DNA of 64,000 bases from Pseudomonadota bacterium (GTDB lineage: Bacteria > Bdellovibrionota_F > JAHFAK01 > JBDREC01), in the NCBI GenBank assembly GCA_043820105.1, contig JBDREC010000049.1, forward strand, positions 1-64,000. The letters run 5' to 3'. The translations under genes and the position numbers were made by a program. The notes beneath the pieces were generated by a model. It did no database searches, was not told the origin of the DNA, and saw nothing but the letters and a program-made list of their open reading frames with translations. Each line of letters begins with the position of its first letter. The first letter of the stretch is position 1. This document shows positions 27,949-36,849 of this stretch, one piece after another.

Positions 27949-29232
27949 TTAAAATAGATTTAAACAAAATTTAAGATTCCAATTTACTTCTGGCAATAAA
28001 GCATTCCTCAAAATGATTTGTGTTCCAGCTTTGCTTTTTTCTAACAACTGGCTTTTAATAAGATCAATTGTAAGCATTGATTTAGCCAAATTATCATAGT
28101 CTATAAAAGTTTCTAATCGATCTATAATAAATCGAGCATATTGGGCCTGGGTTTCCACTATTTTTATTAACTTGAGAATTGCTTCATCAATTACTTTTTT
28201 ACTTATGTGTGGAAAGGTGGTGGAATTTTCAAAGATTCTTTTTATGATCGTTAAAACGGCAATTTCTTGAAGATATTTTTTTGAAGGCCCAGCTAATTTT
28301 GCATCATTTGCTTTACTAAAGATTAAATATAAAAGCTCGAGTTCAACAAATATCGGTGGATTATCTGAGCTTCTGTACCTATGCAAAAATGCTTCTTGAA
28401 TTAATGCAAAATAATCATTTGATTTAATAGCCAGGTCAGCAAGAGCATTGCCTGCAAACTTTGGCAAATCGGGAATACCTCGTTGCATTTCATTTATTAA
28501 AATTGATACAATTTCATCTTTAAAAAATAGCCTTGATGAAGCTATTAAGCCTTCATGAGCTATCATTATTTTGATTCCCAGTTTCTTATGTCTTATATTT
28601 TCCTCTTCTATTAATGCTTCAATCATTTCTTTTGTATTACCAGCCGGATTAAACTCAAGGAAAAGTGCAAATTTTTCAATGGCTCTTTTTTCAGTATCGA
28701 TTATTAGAGAAGCTGAAAATAAGACATCTATTATTTTTAAATATGAATCTCGAATTGTTTTTATGGTTTCACTGGCTTCCAGGATCTCAATGTCATTTGT
28801 TGTGCTTGAAATATGATGGAAATAGGCAGATAGACTGATTCCAAAGCTTGCCAGAAAATCAATTGCAAAAAAGGATGCTCGTGATCCAGCATATTTTCTA
28901 ATAACGTCATTAAAAGTATTAATGCTATCTTGGCATGACCCTGAATGTTTTAAGTTTAAAATAATCACACTTGCTTTTGGAGAGATGTCTGTAAGATATT
29001 CAGCCAAAAGCATCTCTTCTTCAGAAGAAAGCCTATAAAGTTGCGGAAGTACACTATCTGGATTGAGATGTGCTGCCAGGGTTCCGATATTTTGTGATAT
29101 AAGACCATCATGATCTGTTAATCTATTAAGAATCAAATTATCTAAAGCATTTTTTTCTGTTTCATTGGCAAAAATATTTAAGGAAAGACTAAAAAATATT
29201 ATTATACTATAAGAAAAAGCCAGCAGTTTCAT
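27949..29232 (-). CDS. secreted helical hypothetical protein
   Basis: Long ORF; likely start MKLLAF with signal peptide ending IFA. Confidence 0.7.
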   Translation of the reverse strand: MKLLAFSYSIIIFFSLSLNIFANETEKNALDNLILNRLTDHDGLISQNIGTLAAHLNPDSVLPQLYRLSSEEEMLLAEYLTDISPKASVIILNLKHSGSCQDSINTFNDVIRKYAGSRASFFAIDFLASFGISLSAYFHHISSTTNDIEILEASETIKTIRDSYLKIIDVLFSASLIIDTEKRAIEKFALFLEFNPAGNTKEMIEALIEEENIRHKKLGIKIMIAHEGLIASSRLFFKDEIVSILINEMQRGIPDLPKFAGNALADLAIKSNDYFALIQEAFLHRYRSSDNPPIFVELELLYLIFSKANDAKLAGPSKKYLQEIAVLTIIKRIFENSTTFPHISKKVIDEAILKLIKIVETQAQYARFIIDRLETFIDYDNLAKSMLTIDLIKSQLLEKSKAGTQIILRNALLPEVNWNLKFCLNLF

Positions 29233-29337
29233 TGTTGGGTCCCCGCTTTTTGAGTTTAATAATATACTATCTTGTTTCATATAGCATGGGAATAGTATTT
29301 AAGTCAATTAAATATTGCACCGCGGCAATTGCGTTGT

Positions 29338-29841
29338 TTAGGTAATGTTTTTAAGAAACTCAATAGCTTCATCAAAATTTGGTTCATCGGTTACTTCATT
29401 AACAAGCTGAAAATAAATAATAGAATTATCTTTATCTAATATCATTATGGATCTTGCCAAAAGTCCAAGTTCCTTAATCAAGAGGCCATAAGCCTGGCCA
29501 AAATTATTATCCCTGTAATCAGAGCCAGTAATAACACCTTTTATTCCATTTGTTTCACAAAAGCGAGCGTGAGCAAAGGGCAAATCTTTACTAACACCTA
29601 ATACAATAATATTTTCTGACAATTCAGATGCAATTTTATTAAAACGTCTAACTTGAGCATCGCATACCGGTGTATCTAGTGATGGAAAAGTTGTTATAAT
29701 CTTAATTTTATCTGAAAAATCACTTAGCTTGATTTCTTCAAGTGATTGTGAATGCAAAATAAAGTCAGGGGCCTTATCTCCAACGCTTATTTCATTTCCC
29801 TCTAAGTTCATTGTATTTCCTTTAAATTTAACTTCTTTCAT
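29338..29841 (-). CDS. tpx: thiol peroxidase (atypical 2-Cys peroxiredoxin)
   Basis: FPSLDTPVC, SKDLPFA..RFC, LLAR; AGGAG RBS before ATG 29841. Confidence 0.93.
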   Translation of the reverse strand: MKEVKFKGNTMNLEGNEISVGDKAPDFILHSQSLEEIKLSDFSDKIKIITTFPSLDTPVCDAQVRRFNKIASELSENIIVLGVSKDLPFAHARFCETNGIKGVITGSDYRDNNFGQAYGLLIKELGLLARSIMILDKDNSIIYFQLVNEVTDEPNFDEAIEFLKNIT

Positions 29842-29890
29842 TTTGTATCTCCTTTTTTTAAGTCGTAAGTCGTAAGTGGTAAGTTTAATT

Positions 29891-29906
29891 TGCAAGCTTT
29901 ATGCCA
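29891..29906 (-). promoter_or_regulatory. putative sigma-54 promoter of tpx
   Basis: TGGCATAAAGCTTGCA, near consensus, 50 nt upstream of the start. Confidence 0.65.
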
Positions 29907-30119
29907 AATTTATTAACATAGATGTTATGATTGTAAGCTAATGAATATCAAGAGAAATAAATTAGGTTTTATTTGTTGATTGTTTATTCATATAGTTTTT
30001 TTTGTTCCAATACTGTTTCACTTCTGTTTCAAAATTCTGGGTTATAAATTAATCAATTGTTATTTTCCATTATTTTTTTTATCATAATTCAACTTTTATT
30101 CAACAAAAGGAGAATTAAA

Positions 30120-31139
30120 TTGGTAGCTAGTAAAAAGGTGGGGTTTACTATTGAACAGTTTATTATTAATCAACAAAGCTGTCATCCTGGAGCTTCAGGA
30201 ACTTTATCATTAATTCTGTATGATATTGCTTTGGCTGCAAAAATTATTTCACGCGAAGTAAATAAGGCGGGTCTTGTTTCCATTCTGGGTTACACTGGAG
30301 AAGACAATGTGCATGGAGAAGCTGTTAAGAATGTTGATGCTTTTTCAAACAATGTGATGATTAAATCAATGGAAAATACTGGCAGACTTTGTGGAATGGT
30401 TTCAGAAGAAAGCGAAGAGATAATTCCTATTCCCCTGGAATATGATCTCGGTCCTTATGTGATTGTTTTTGATCCGCTTGATGGTTCTTCGAATATGGAT
30501 GTAAATGTTTCCATTGGAACAATTTTTTCAATTTACAGGAAAATTGATTTAGATGGAAAAAAGGCTTGTGAAAAGGACTTTTTGCAGCCTGGTAATAAAT
30601 TGGTTGCAGCTGGTTATGTAATTTATGGATCTTCAACAATGCTTGTTTATTCTACTGGCAATGGAGTGCATGGTTTTACTCTTGATCCTAGCATTGGCGA
30701 ATTTTTACTTTCTCATGAAAAGATTCAAATACCTAAGCATTGTAAATATTATAGTGTAAATGAATCATATTTTGAACTTTTCCCCAAACCTATTAAAGAT
30801 TATATTTCTTGTTTAAAGCCCAAGAATGCTTCTGAGTTGGGAACAAAAGCATCATTAAGATACATTGGTTCCCTGGTTTCAGATTTTCATAGAAATCTGC
30901 TTGATGGCGGAATTTATCTTTATCCACCAACTGACAATAGTCCTCAGGGAAAGCTCCGGCTTTTATATGAATGTATTCCACTTGCTTTTATTGCTAAAAG
31001 TGCAGGTGGTTATGCAAGTAATGGTTATCAGGATTTGCTGACAATAGAAGCAGATAATATTCATCAAAGGTCGCCACTTTATATAGGAAATGAAAAAGAA
31101 GTTAGAGAGCTTGAAAACATATTAAGAGAACATACCTAG
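30120..31139 (+). CDS. fbp: class 1 fructose-1,6-bisphosphatase
   Basis: SEE, FDPLDGSSN, RYIGSLVSDFHR, GKLRLLYE; TTG 30120 after AGGAG. Confidence 0.95.
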   Translation: MVASKKVGFTIEQFIINQQSCHPGASGTLSLILYDIALAAKIISREVNKAGLVSILGYTGEDNVHGEAVKNVDAFSNNVMIKSMENTGRLCGMVSEESEEIIPIPLEYDLGPYVIVFDPLDGSSNMDVNVSIGTIFSIYRKIDLDGKKACEKDFLQPGNKLVAAGYVIYGSSTMLVYSTGNGVHGFTLDPSIGEFLLSHEKIQIPKHCKYYSVNESYFELFPKPIKDYISCLKPKNASELGTKASLRYIGSLVSDFHRNLLDGGIYLYPPTDNSPQGKLRLLYECIPLAFIAKSAGGYASNGYQDLLTIEADNIHQRSPLYIGNEKEVRELENILREHT

Positions 31140-31159
31140 TTATTTGGAGTTCTTCATAA

Positions 31160-31948
31160 ATGCAAATATTTGATAGCCATATACATCTACAGGATCAAAG
31201 GATTTATCCACAGATAAATAACTTACTATTAAAAGCAAAAGCAAAAGGAATCATGCGATTTTTATGCTGTGGCACATCAGAAAAAGATTGGAAGAAGGTT
31301 TCATTCTTAGCCAAAAAATATAATGAGCTAATTCCTTCTTATGGTTTGCACCCTTGGTTTATTGAGCAAAGAACTGATAATTGGTTTGCTACTTTATGTA
31401 AATATATTGATGAAAATAATTCCTTGGTATGTATTGGCGAAATTGGTTTAGATCATGGGCTAATCAAAAGAGATGATGCTTTACAAGAAGAAGTTTTTAT
31501 AAAACAACTCTTGCATGCAAAAGAAAATAAGCTGCCAGTATCTATTCATTGTAGACGTGCCTGGGATAGGGTGATTTATTTTCTCCAAAAGTACGGCCCT
31601 TTTGAAAAAGGCTTACTTATTCATTCATATTCTGGATCAGAAGAATTGATTGAGAAACTAGTTTCCTTAAATGTATATTTTAGTTTTTCAGGAACCCTTA
31701 CTTTTTCTGGCAATAAAAGAGCTCATAAAGCTATTGTGAAGGTGCCATCAGATAGACTGTTCCTTGAAACAGATGCTCCTGATATGCTGCCTGTTATTAA
31801 AGGTGTATACAATAAAGATGTTTCTAATATTCCTGAAAATATTATTTATGTTTACGAAAAAGCTGCAATGCTTTTGGGTATTACTGTTTCTGAACTCGCT
31901 AGAATTACTTGGGAAAATTCTGAAAGGCTTTTTACACATGTCAGATAG
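31160..31948 (+). CDS. tatD: TatD family hydrolase
   Basis: DSHIH, GLHP, IGEIGLD, SIHCR, ETDAP. Confidence 0.9.
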   Translation: MQIFDSHIHLQDQRIYPQINNLLLKAKAKGIMRFLCCGTSEKDWKKVSFLAKKYNELIPSYGLHPWFIEQRTDNWFATLCKYIDENNSLVCIGEIGLDHGLIKRDDALQEEVFIKQLLHAKENKLPVSIHCRRAWDRVIYFLQKYGPFEKGLLIHSYSGSEELIEKLVSLNVYFSFSGTLTFSGNKRAHKAIVKVPSDRLFLETDAPDMLPVIKGVYNKDVSNIPENIIYVYEKAAMLLGITVSELARITWENSERLFTHVR

Positions 31949-32678
31949 ATTTTTAAGAACAGAAATGCTGCTTGGAAAAAAGAATCTTGATAAATTGAAA
32001 GGGGCGAGCATTACTGTTGTTGGTTTAGGAGCAGTTGGATCCTTCGCCACCGAAGCCCTTGCACGCATGGGAATTGGTTCATTGAATTTAATTGATTTTG
32101 ATATAGTTAATGAAAGTAATATAAACAGGCAGCTTTATGCCCTTGACTCAACTGTTGGAAAAAAGAAAGTAAAGCTTGCAGGAAAAAGAGTTTTAGATAT
32201 TAATCCAAACTGTAATGTTCAAGCGTATGATATCTTTTTAGATGAAGCAAACTGTTATAAAGTTCTAAGTTCTTGCAAAAGTGATTTGATAGTTGATGCA
32301 ATTGATAGCTTATCATCAAAAATTCACTTAATAAAAACCTGTGTTGAGAATTCTTTTCCTTTAATTTCATCAATGGGAGCTGCCAGGAAAACAGACCCAT
32401 CTTTAATTAGAACTGGCGACCTTTCTGAAACTAAAAATTGCAGGCTCGCATTTTACTTAAGAAAAAAACTAAGAAAATATGGTATTGAAAAGGGAGTAAA
32501 ATGTGTTTACTCCCTTGAACTGACACAAGAACATTTTTTTGAGCCTCCTAAAGATTCTTATTATGTAAATGATAAATATAGAAAGGATAATCCAAAGGGA
32601 AGCCTGCCATATATTACAGGGATTTTTGGTTTAATGATCGCTAATGAGGTTGTTAAGAAGATAATTGAAAAATATTAA
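31938..32678 (+). CDS. tcdA: tRNA threonylcarbamoyladenosine dehydratase (ThiF family)
   Basis: GLGAVGS, SNINRQ, VDAID, ISSMGA; start MSDRF overlapping the tatD stop. Confidence 0.85.
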   Translation: MSDRFLRTEMLLGKKNLDKLKGASITVVGLGAVGSFATEALARMGIGSLNLIDFDIVNESNINRQLYALDSTVGKKKVKLAGKRVLDINPNCNVQAYDIFLDEANCYKVLSSCKSDLIVDAIDSLSSKIHLIKTCVENSFPLISSMGAARKTDPSLIRTGDLSETKNCRLAFYLRKKLRKYGIEKGVKCVYSLELTQEHFFEPPKDSYYVNDKYRKDNPKGSLPYITGIFGLMIANEVVKKIIEKY

Positions 32679-33114
32679 ACTTTATTAAAGTGAATTGAAA
32701 TTTCAATATTTCTGATTTTATATCTAAAAAGGATTTATAATCATTTGCAATTTCAGGACCATATTTCAATGCAAGGGTGTCAATTTTTTCTTTCAGCTCA
32801 TCTTCAATATAATGTTTTATTTTTGAGGCCATATCTAGTTGACAAGCGGTGTCTTGAATAACTTCACTGTGCTTAAAAAAATTATCAAAAGCCTGATTTA
32901 ATTTGTACTTCATTTCAATAATAGTTTTTTGTGCAGGTAAAAATGTGAAAATTTTGTGGAGATTAATCTGCGGCTCATTTAAAAAGAGTTCCTCCCCGCA
33001 TGAGATGGCTTTTAATGCTAATTCAGTATTATCCTTTGGTTCTTGTGCAAAAGATATATTTACAGTATTAAAAAATATTAGAATGATTGATATTATAAAT
33101 GCCTTTGTTTTCAC
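32653..33114 (-). CDS. secreted hypothetical protein
   Basis: Signal peptide ending SFA; upstream sigma-54-like site. Confidence 0.65.
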   Translation of the reverse strand: MKTKAFIISIILIFFNTVNISFAQEPKDNTELALKAISCGEELFLNEPQINLHKIFTFLPAQKTIIEMKYKLNQAFDNFFKHSEVIQDTACQLDMASKIKHYIEDELKEKIDTLALKYGPEIANDYKSFLDIKSEILKFQFTLIKFNIFQLSS

Positions 33115-33156
33115 TTATAGTCTTTGTTCTTATAAATTTAGAATAAAGAATTCAAA

Positions 33157-33172
33157 TGCAAGGATTGTGCCT
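33157..33172 (-). promoter_or_regulatory. putative sigma-54 promoter
   Basis: AGGCACAATCCTTGCA, GG-N10-GC, 43 nt upstream of the 33114 start. Confidence 0.6.
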
Positions 33173-33376
33173 GTTTGTTATTATCCAAAGAACCGAATCA
33201 TATTAAATTGTTATTGTTTTGGGGGATTTTTAGTTGTGTTCAAAATTTGCTTAATTTCCTTTTTATTGCTTAAAAAAAGCACATATATTTAATTTAAATA
33301 GCTCATGTTTTTTGTTTGAAATATAGAGTTTCAATTCATACAATAGTTTTTTTTATTAAATAAAAAAGATGGGTAT

Positions 33377-36163
33377 ATGATTTTAATTAAAAAGATTAAT
33401 ATAATATTAATTGTTTTTCTTTTGTTTTTTTATTCAAATTTATTTTCGCTTGATCAGCTTGATATTTTCTATACTGGTGAAACGGGACATAAAATATCAT
33501 TTTCCTTATCTTCATTAGTTGAGTCTTATATAGAAAGTAATGATACAATTCAGGTTGAATCAGTGCATCTTAAGCCAATAATATTTGAAAATAATAGATA
33601 TCTTGCTAAACTCCCAGCAGATATGGATTTAAATTCAGTTTTAGGAAAGGAAATCGCCTGGAAGAAAGTATCAAATGTAAACATTTTACAAACAAATGAT
33701 TCTTTCATTATTCCAATCAATATTAATGGTATTTATTTTCTAGATAAAATTTATGATTATTTCCAAAATAATCGTGGTGAAAGCACAAAATATCCAACCC
33801 TAACACGTATTGAATCATCTTTTGATCGAGCTTCTAACAGTCCAATCACATCTATTAACATCGGACAAAAAGGCCTTGCGTCTAAAACAAAAGCAGGCAT
33901 TTCAAAATGGCAGTTCAGTATGGTATATTTATATAATTTAAAGATAAATAAGGAGCAGGTTACAATAGCTGTAATTGGTAGACCTTATGGTGGAATTGCT
34001 AAAGTCATGAATCGCATGCTACAAGAGCGTTTAATATCATCGTCTTCGTTATACTTTGAGCTTGGTAATAGTTTAAGTTTAAACTCCTATCCAGAATTCA
34101 AACAAAAACTATCATTTTATGAAGATTTAGATCTTGATGCTTATTTTATTGCAAGAGATGAGATGAGAACTTATTATCATTTTTTTACTACTTATAAAAA
34201 GAATAAAGGCAAAATACCCTTTATCGCCTCAAATGTTTTTAAAGATGATACTCCCCTATTTGATCAGTACAAAATCATTAAACGAAGAGGAATCAAAATT
34301 GGATTGCTTGGTCTTGTTTCAGATGTTGGTTTTACTCAAAAAGGTAAAAAAGGTGATGTGGAAATTGATATTAAAGATCCAATTGAAGTGTTAAATGCTT
34401 TAATGCCAGTTGTTGAACCATATTGTGATGCTATTATTGTTTTAACTGATTTGGATGAACCTGAAATTTATGATATTAATCAAAAAATAGAGGGAATAGA
34501 TATTTTCATTGGTACAAGGAAATCAGAGCTTCCACCGTATGAAAATAAGATAATCACAATTAAAAATACAAATCAAAATGTAACTCAAGACTCTTCATTT
34601 TTATCTACTATTTATACTGAGTTTATTGGAAAGCTTGAGTTGATGTTTGAGCAAAAAAGTAAGAAGAAAAATATTCTTACTCAAGTTACAGAGAAAAAAT
34701 ATCCTCTTGATGATGAGATCGAAGCTGAAACAACAATGCAAGTGTCTGAGCTTATTCAGTATTATAAATATTTTTCAAATGAAGAATATATAATGCCTGA
34801 TCCAAGAAAAATATGGCCTGATTCAAAAAAGAAGATGCTTGATAATAATGACTTAACCAACTTAATAGCATCTGTTATTTTGAAAAAAACAAATGCTGAA
34901 GTTGTTGTGATGCCATATCTAAAAGAGCTTGATATGCATATAATGGGAAATGTTTCAAAAAATATTTTTGAAAATTGGATATCTGGAACAGGACAGTTAA
35001 TTAGTTTTTTCATTGATGGTAATACTTTAAGTTCACTTTATGATTCATATAATGGCCATGATGTTAAAATGCTAAACATTGATGATGACTATAGGGTTAA
35101 TGGAACTATCTTAGATAATGATGAAAAGTATCTTGTTTATACTTCATCATTAATATTTGATAATCCTGCCTGGGACGATATTCGTGATAAAGTAGAAGAT
35201 CAGAATAGTGACTTTTTAGAAAAAAATGACAAATATTTTCCAGAAGAAAAAGGTAAAAATATTAATATTTCTGATATAACAACGGAATTTGTTAGTAAAC
35301 ATGATTTTTTTGCTTCAAATGAGGAGTCTTTGGATATTTTGAGAAAATCTTTTAATGGTAGTTATAAAAGAATTACTCCAGTTTGGAGAATAAATATTGA
35401 TGAACTAAGTTTTGATTTTTCTGGAAATCACAACGTAAATAATGAAAATTATACAGATATTAGAAATGCCAGAGTTAATTCCTATACTGAAGCAAGTATA
35501 TCTGCCTTTTTATCTGCGAATTTATCTCATGACTCAGAATATGTTTTGTTTTCAGTAGGACCTGAGCTTGAATATTCCTTTACTGGAACTGATTATGGTG
35601 ATTATAATATTGATAGTACTACATATAATGAATGGCAAGTTGGAGGTGATTTATATTTTAAGGTTTTAGAATTTGAAAGTTTAGATAGAGCTAGTTTTGG
35701 TCCATACATAAGAGGAGCTTATATTTCAGAGTTTGATAGTTATACTGAAGATGAAGATTTGCTTCGTCAAGTAGAAACAGTTTATGGTTTAAGACTTTAT
35801 GATAATTCACTTTTTCCAACAATTGAAGCAGGATATCTTGTAATGTGGGATATTACTTCAGATCTTACTCAATTAAGATATGGTGTTGATTTTTTATTAG
35901 AAGCTGAACATGAATTTGCTTCAGGTCATTATTGGTATGCGTTTTTAGAGGGACAGTATTTTATTCCAAGTGAGCTTGATAGTACAGATGATTTAGCTTT
36001 TACTGTAAATCTAAATAATGAATTTGAATTTGCCTTTATAGATGAGATCGCTTTTTCCTTTTATTTAGATATGTTACTTTATAAAGGGGCGACTATAGAT
36101 GATTTAGGTCTTAATATAATTAGTGGTTTATCCTTGAGTTTCGCTAGAATATTCAAACCATAG
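33377..36163 (+). CDS. secreted degenerate 5'-nucleotidase-like protein fused to a probable C-terminal outer-membrane beta-barrel
   Basis: GGIAKV, IPFIASNV, YKIIKRRGIKIGLLGL scaffold motifs; C-terminal ~260 aa of aromatic-rich alternating strands. Confidence 0.65.
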   Translation: MILIKKINIILIVFLLFFYSNLFSLDQLDIFYTGETGHKISFSLSSLVESYIESNDTIQVESVHLKPIIFENNRYLAKLPADMDLNSVLGKEIAWKKVSNVNILQTNDSFIIPININGIYFLDKIYDYFQNNRGESTKYPTLTRIESSFDRASNSPITSINIGQKGLASKTKAGISKWQFSMVYLYNLKINKEQVTIAVIGRPYGGIAKVMNRMLQERLISSSSLYFELGNSLSLNSYPEFKQKLSFYEDLDLDAYFIARDEMRTYYHFFTTYKKNKGKIPFIASNVFKDDTPLFDQYKIIKRRGIKIGLLGLVSDVGFTQKGKKGDVEIDIKDPIEVLNALMPVVEPYCDAIIVLTDLDEPEIYDINQKIEGIDIFIGTRKSELPPYENKIITIKNTNQNVTQDSSFLSTIYTEFIGKLELMFEQKSKKKNILTQVTEKKYPLDDEIEAETTMQVSELIQYYKYFSNEEYIMPDPRKIWPDSKKKMLDNNDLTNLIASVILKKTNAEVVVMPYLKELDMHIMGNVSKNIFENWISGTGQLISFFIDGNTLSSLYDSYNGHDVKMLNIDDDYRVNGTILDNDEKYLVYTSSLIFDNPAWDDIRDKVEDQNSDFLEKNDKYFPEEKGKNINISDITTEFVSKHDFFASNEESLDILRKSFNGSYKRITPVWRINIDELSFDFSGNHNVNNENYTDIRNARVNSYTEASISAFLSANLSHDSEYVLFSVGPELEYSFTGTDYGDYNIDSTTYNEWQVGGDLYFKVLEFESLDRASFGPYIRGAYISEFDSYTEDEDLLRQVETVYGLRLYDNSLFPTIEAGYLVMWDITSDLTQLRYGVDFLLEAEHEFASGHYWYAFLEGQYFIPSELDSTDDLAFTVNLNNEFEFAFIDEIAFSFYLDMLLYKGATIDDLGLNIISGLSLSFARIFKP

Positions 36164-36243
36164 CTTGCATAAATCCCAGATTTTTGATATAATATATAAA
36201 TAAGATAAAAATAAATAAAATTGATGAGTTATGGGAGGGAGAA

Positions 36244-36357
36244 ATGGCCAAAAAATCAAGAATACCACAAATGAGGTTGCCAGATTTTATCAAAAAAACC
36301 GAGAAACCTAAGTCAAGATTAGCTGCTGCTAATAATTTTCCAATAAAGGCTCAATAA
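36244..36357 (+). CDS. small basic peptide MAKKSRIPQMRLPDFIKKTEKPKSRLAAANNFPIKAQ (37 aa; not in ORF track)
   Basis: Strong GGGAGGGAG RBS; fills the gap up to the convergent stop at 36361. Confidence 0.55.
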   Translation: MAKKSRIPQMRLPDFIKKTEKPKSRLAAANNFPIKAQ

Positions 36358-36360
36358 TAA

Positions 36361-36849
36361 TTATAATATAATATCATCAGAACGTCTTGATTCAAAGAAT
36401 AGGTCAATATATTTTTTTTTGATTACCAAAATGCTCAAATTGATTTTTGCTCCTGGCTTAAATTCAAACAGGTTCCCTGTAGACAATTCAAAAATTAAAT
36501 AAAGATCATTATCTTTTCTTTTCATGGAAAGGATTTTAAATTTCCCACAAATTCCTTTTTCTTCAAGGCATATTTCAATTAAATTTTTAGTGTTGAAGTC
36601 AGAAACCCTTGGCTCTTTTATCAATACCTTAATAGCTTCTATTTTTGCTTCACTTATAAGAGGCTCATTAAGTTCCACAATATTGCCTTCATAATTTACA
36701 ACAATCTGGATTTCTCTGGTAATACAATAAGCTGCGATCACTATTACTATGACTAAGATAAAGAGGCTGAAAATTGTGAAAAATTTAACTCTTTTGGGTA
36801 AGGTTTCAAAATTTATTAAATCCTTTGAAGATTTAGTTCTGGGGGTCAT
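36361..36849 (-). CDS. single-TM accessory protein, possibly a truncated HlyD-like adaptor
   Basis: ATGA overlap with the ABC gene; one TM; C-terminal FKPGAKINLSILVIKKKYIDLFF resembles HlyD C-termini. Confidence 0.5.
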   Translation of the reverse strand: MTPRTKSSKDLINFETLPKRVKFFTIFSLFILVIVIVIAAYCITREIQIVVNYEGNIVELNEPLISEAKIEAIKVLIKEPRVSDFNTKNLIEICLEEKGICGKFKILSMKRKDNDLYLIFELSTGNLFEFKPGAKINLSILVIKKKYIDLFFESRRSDDIIL

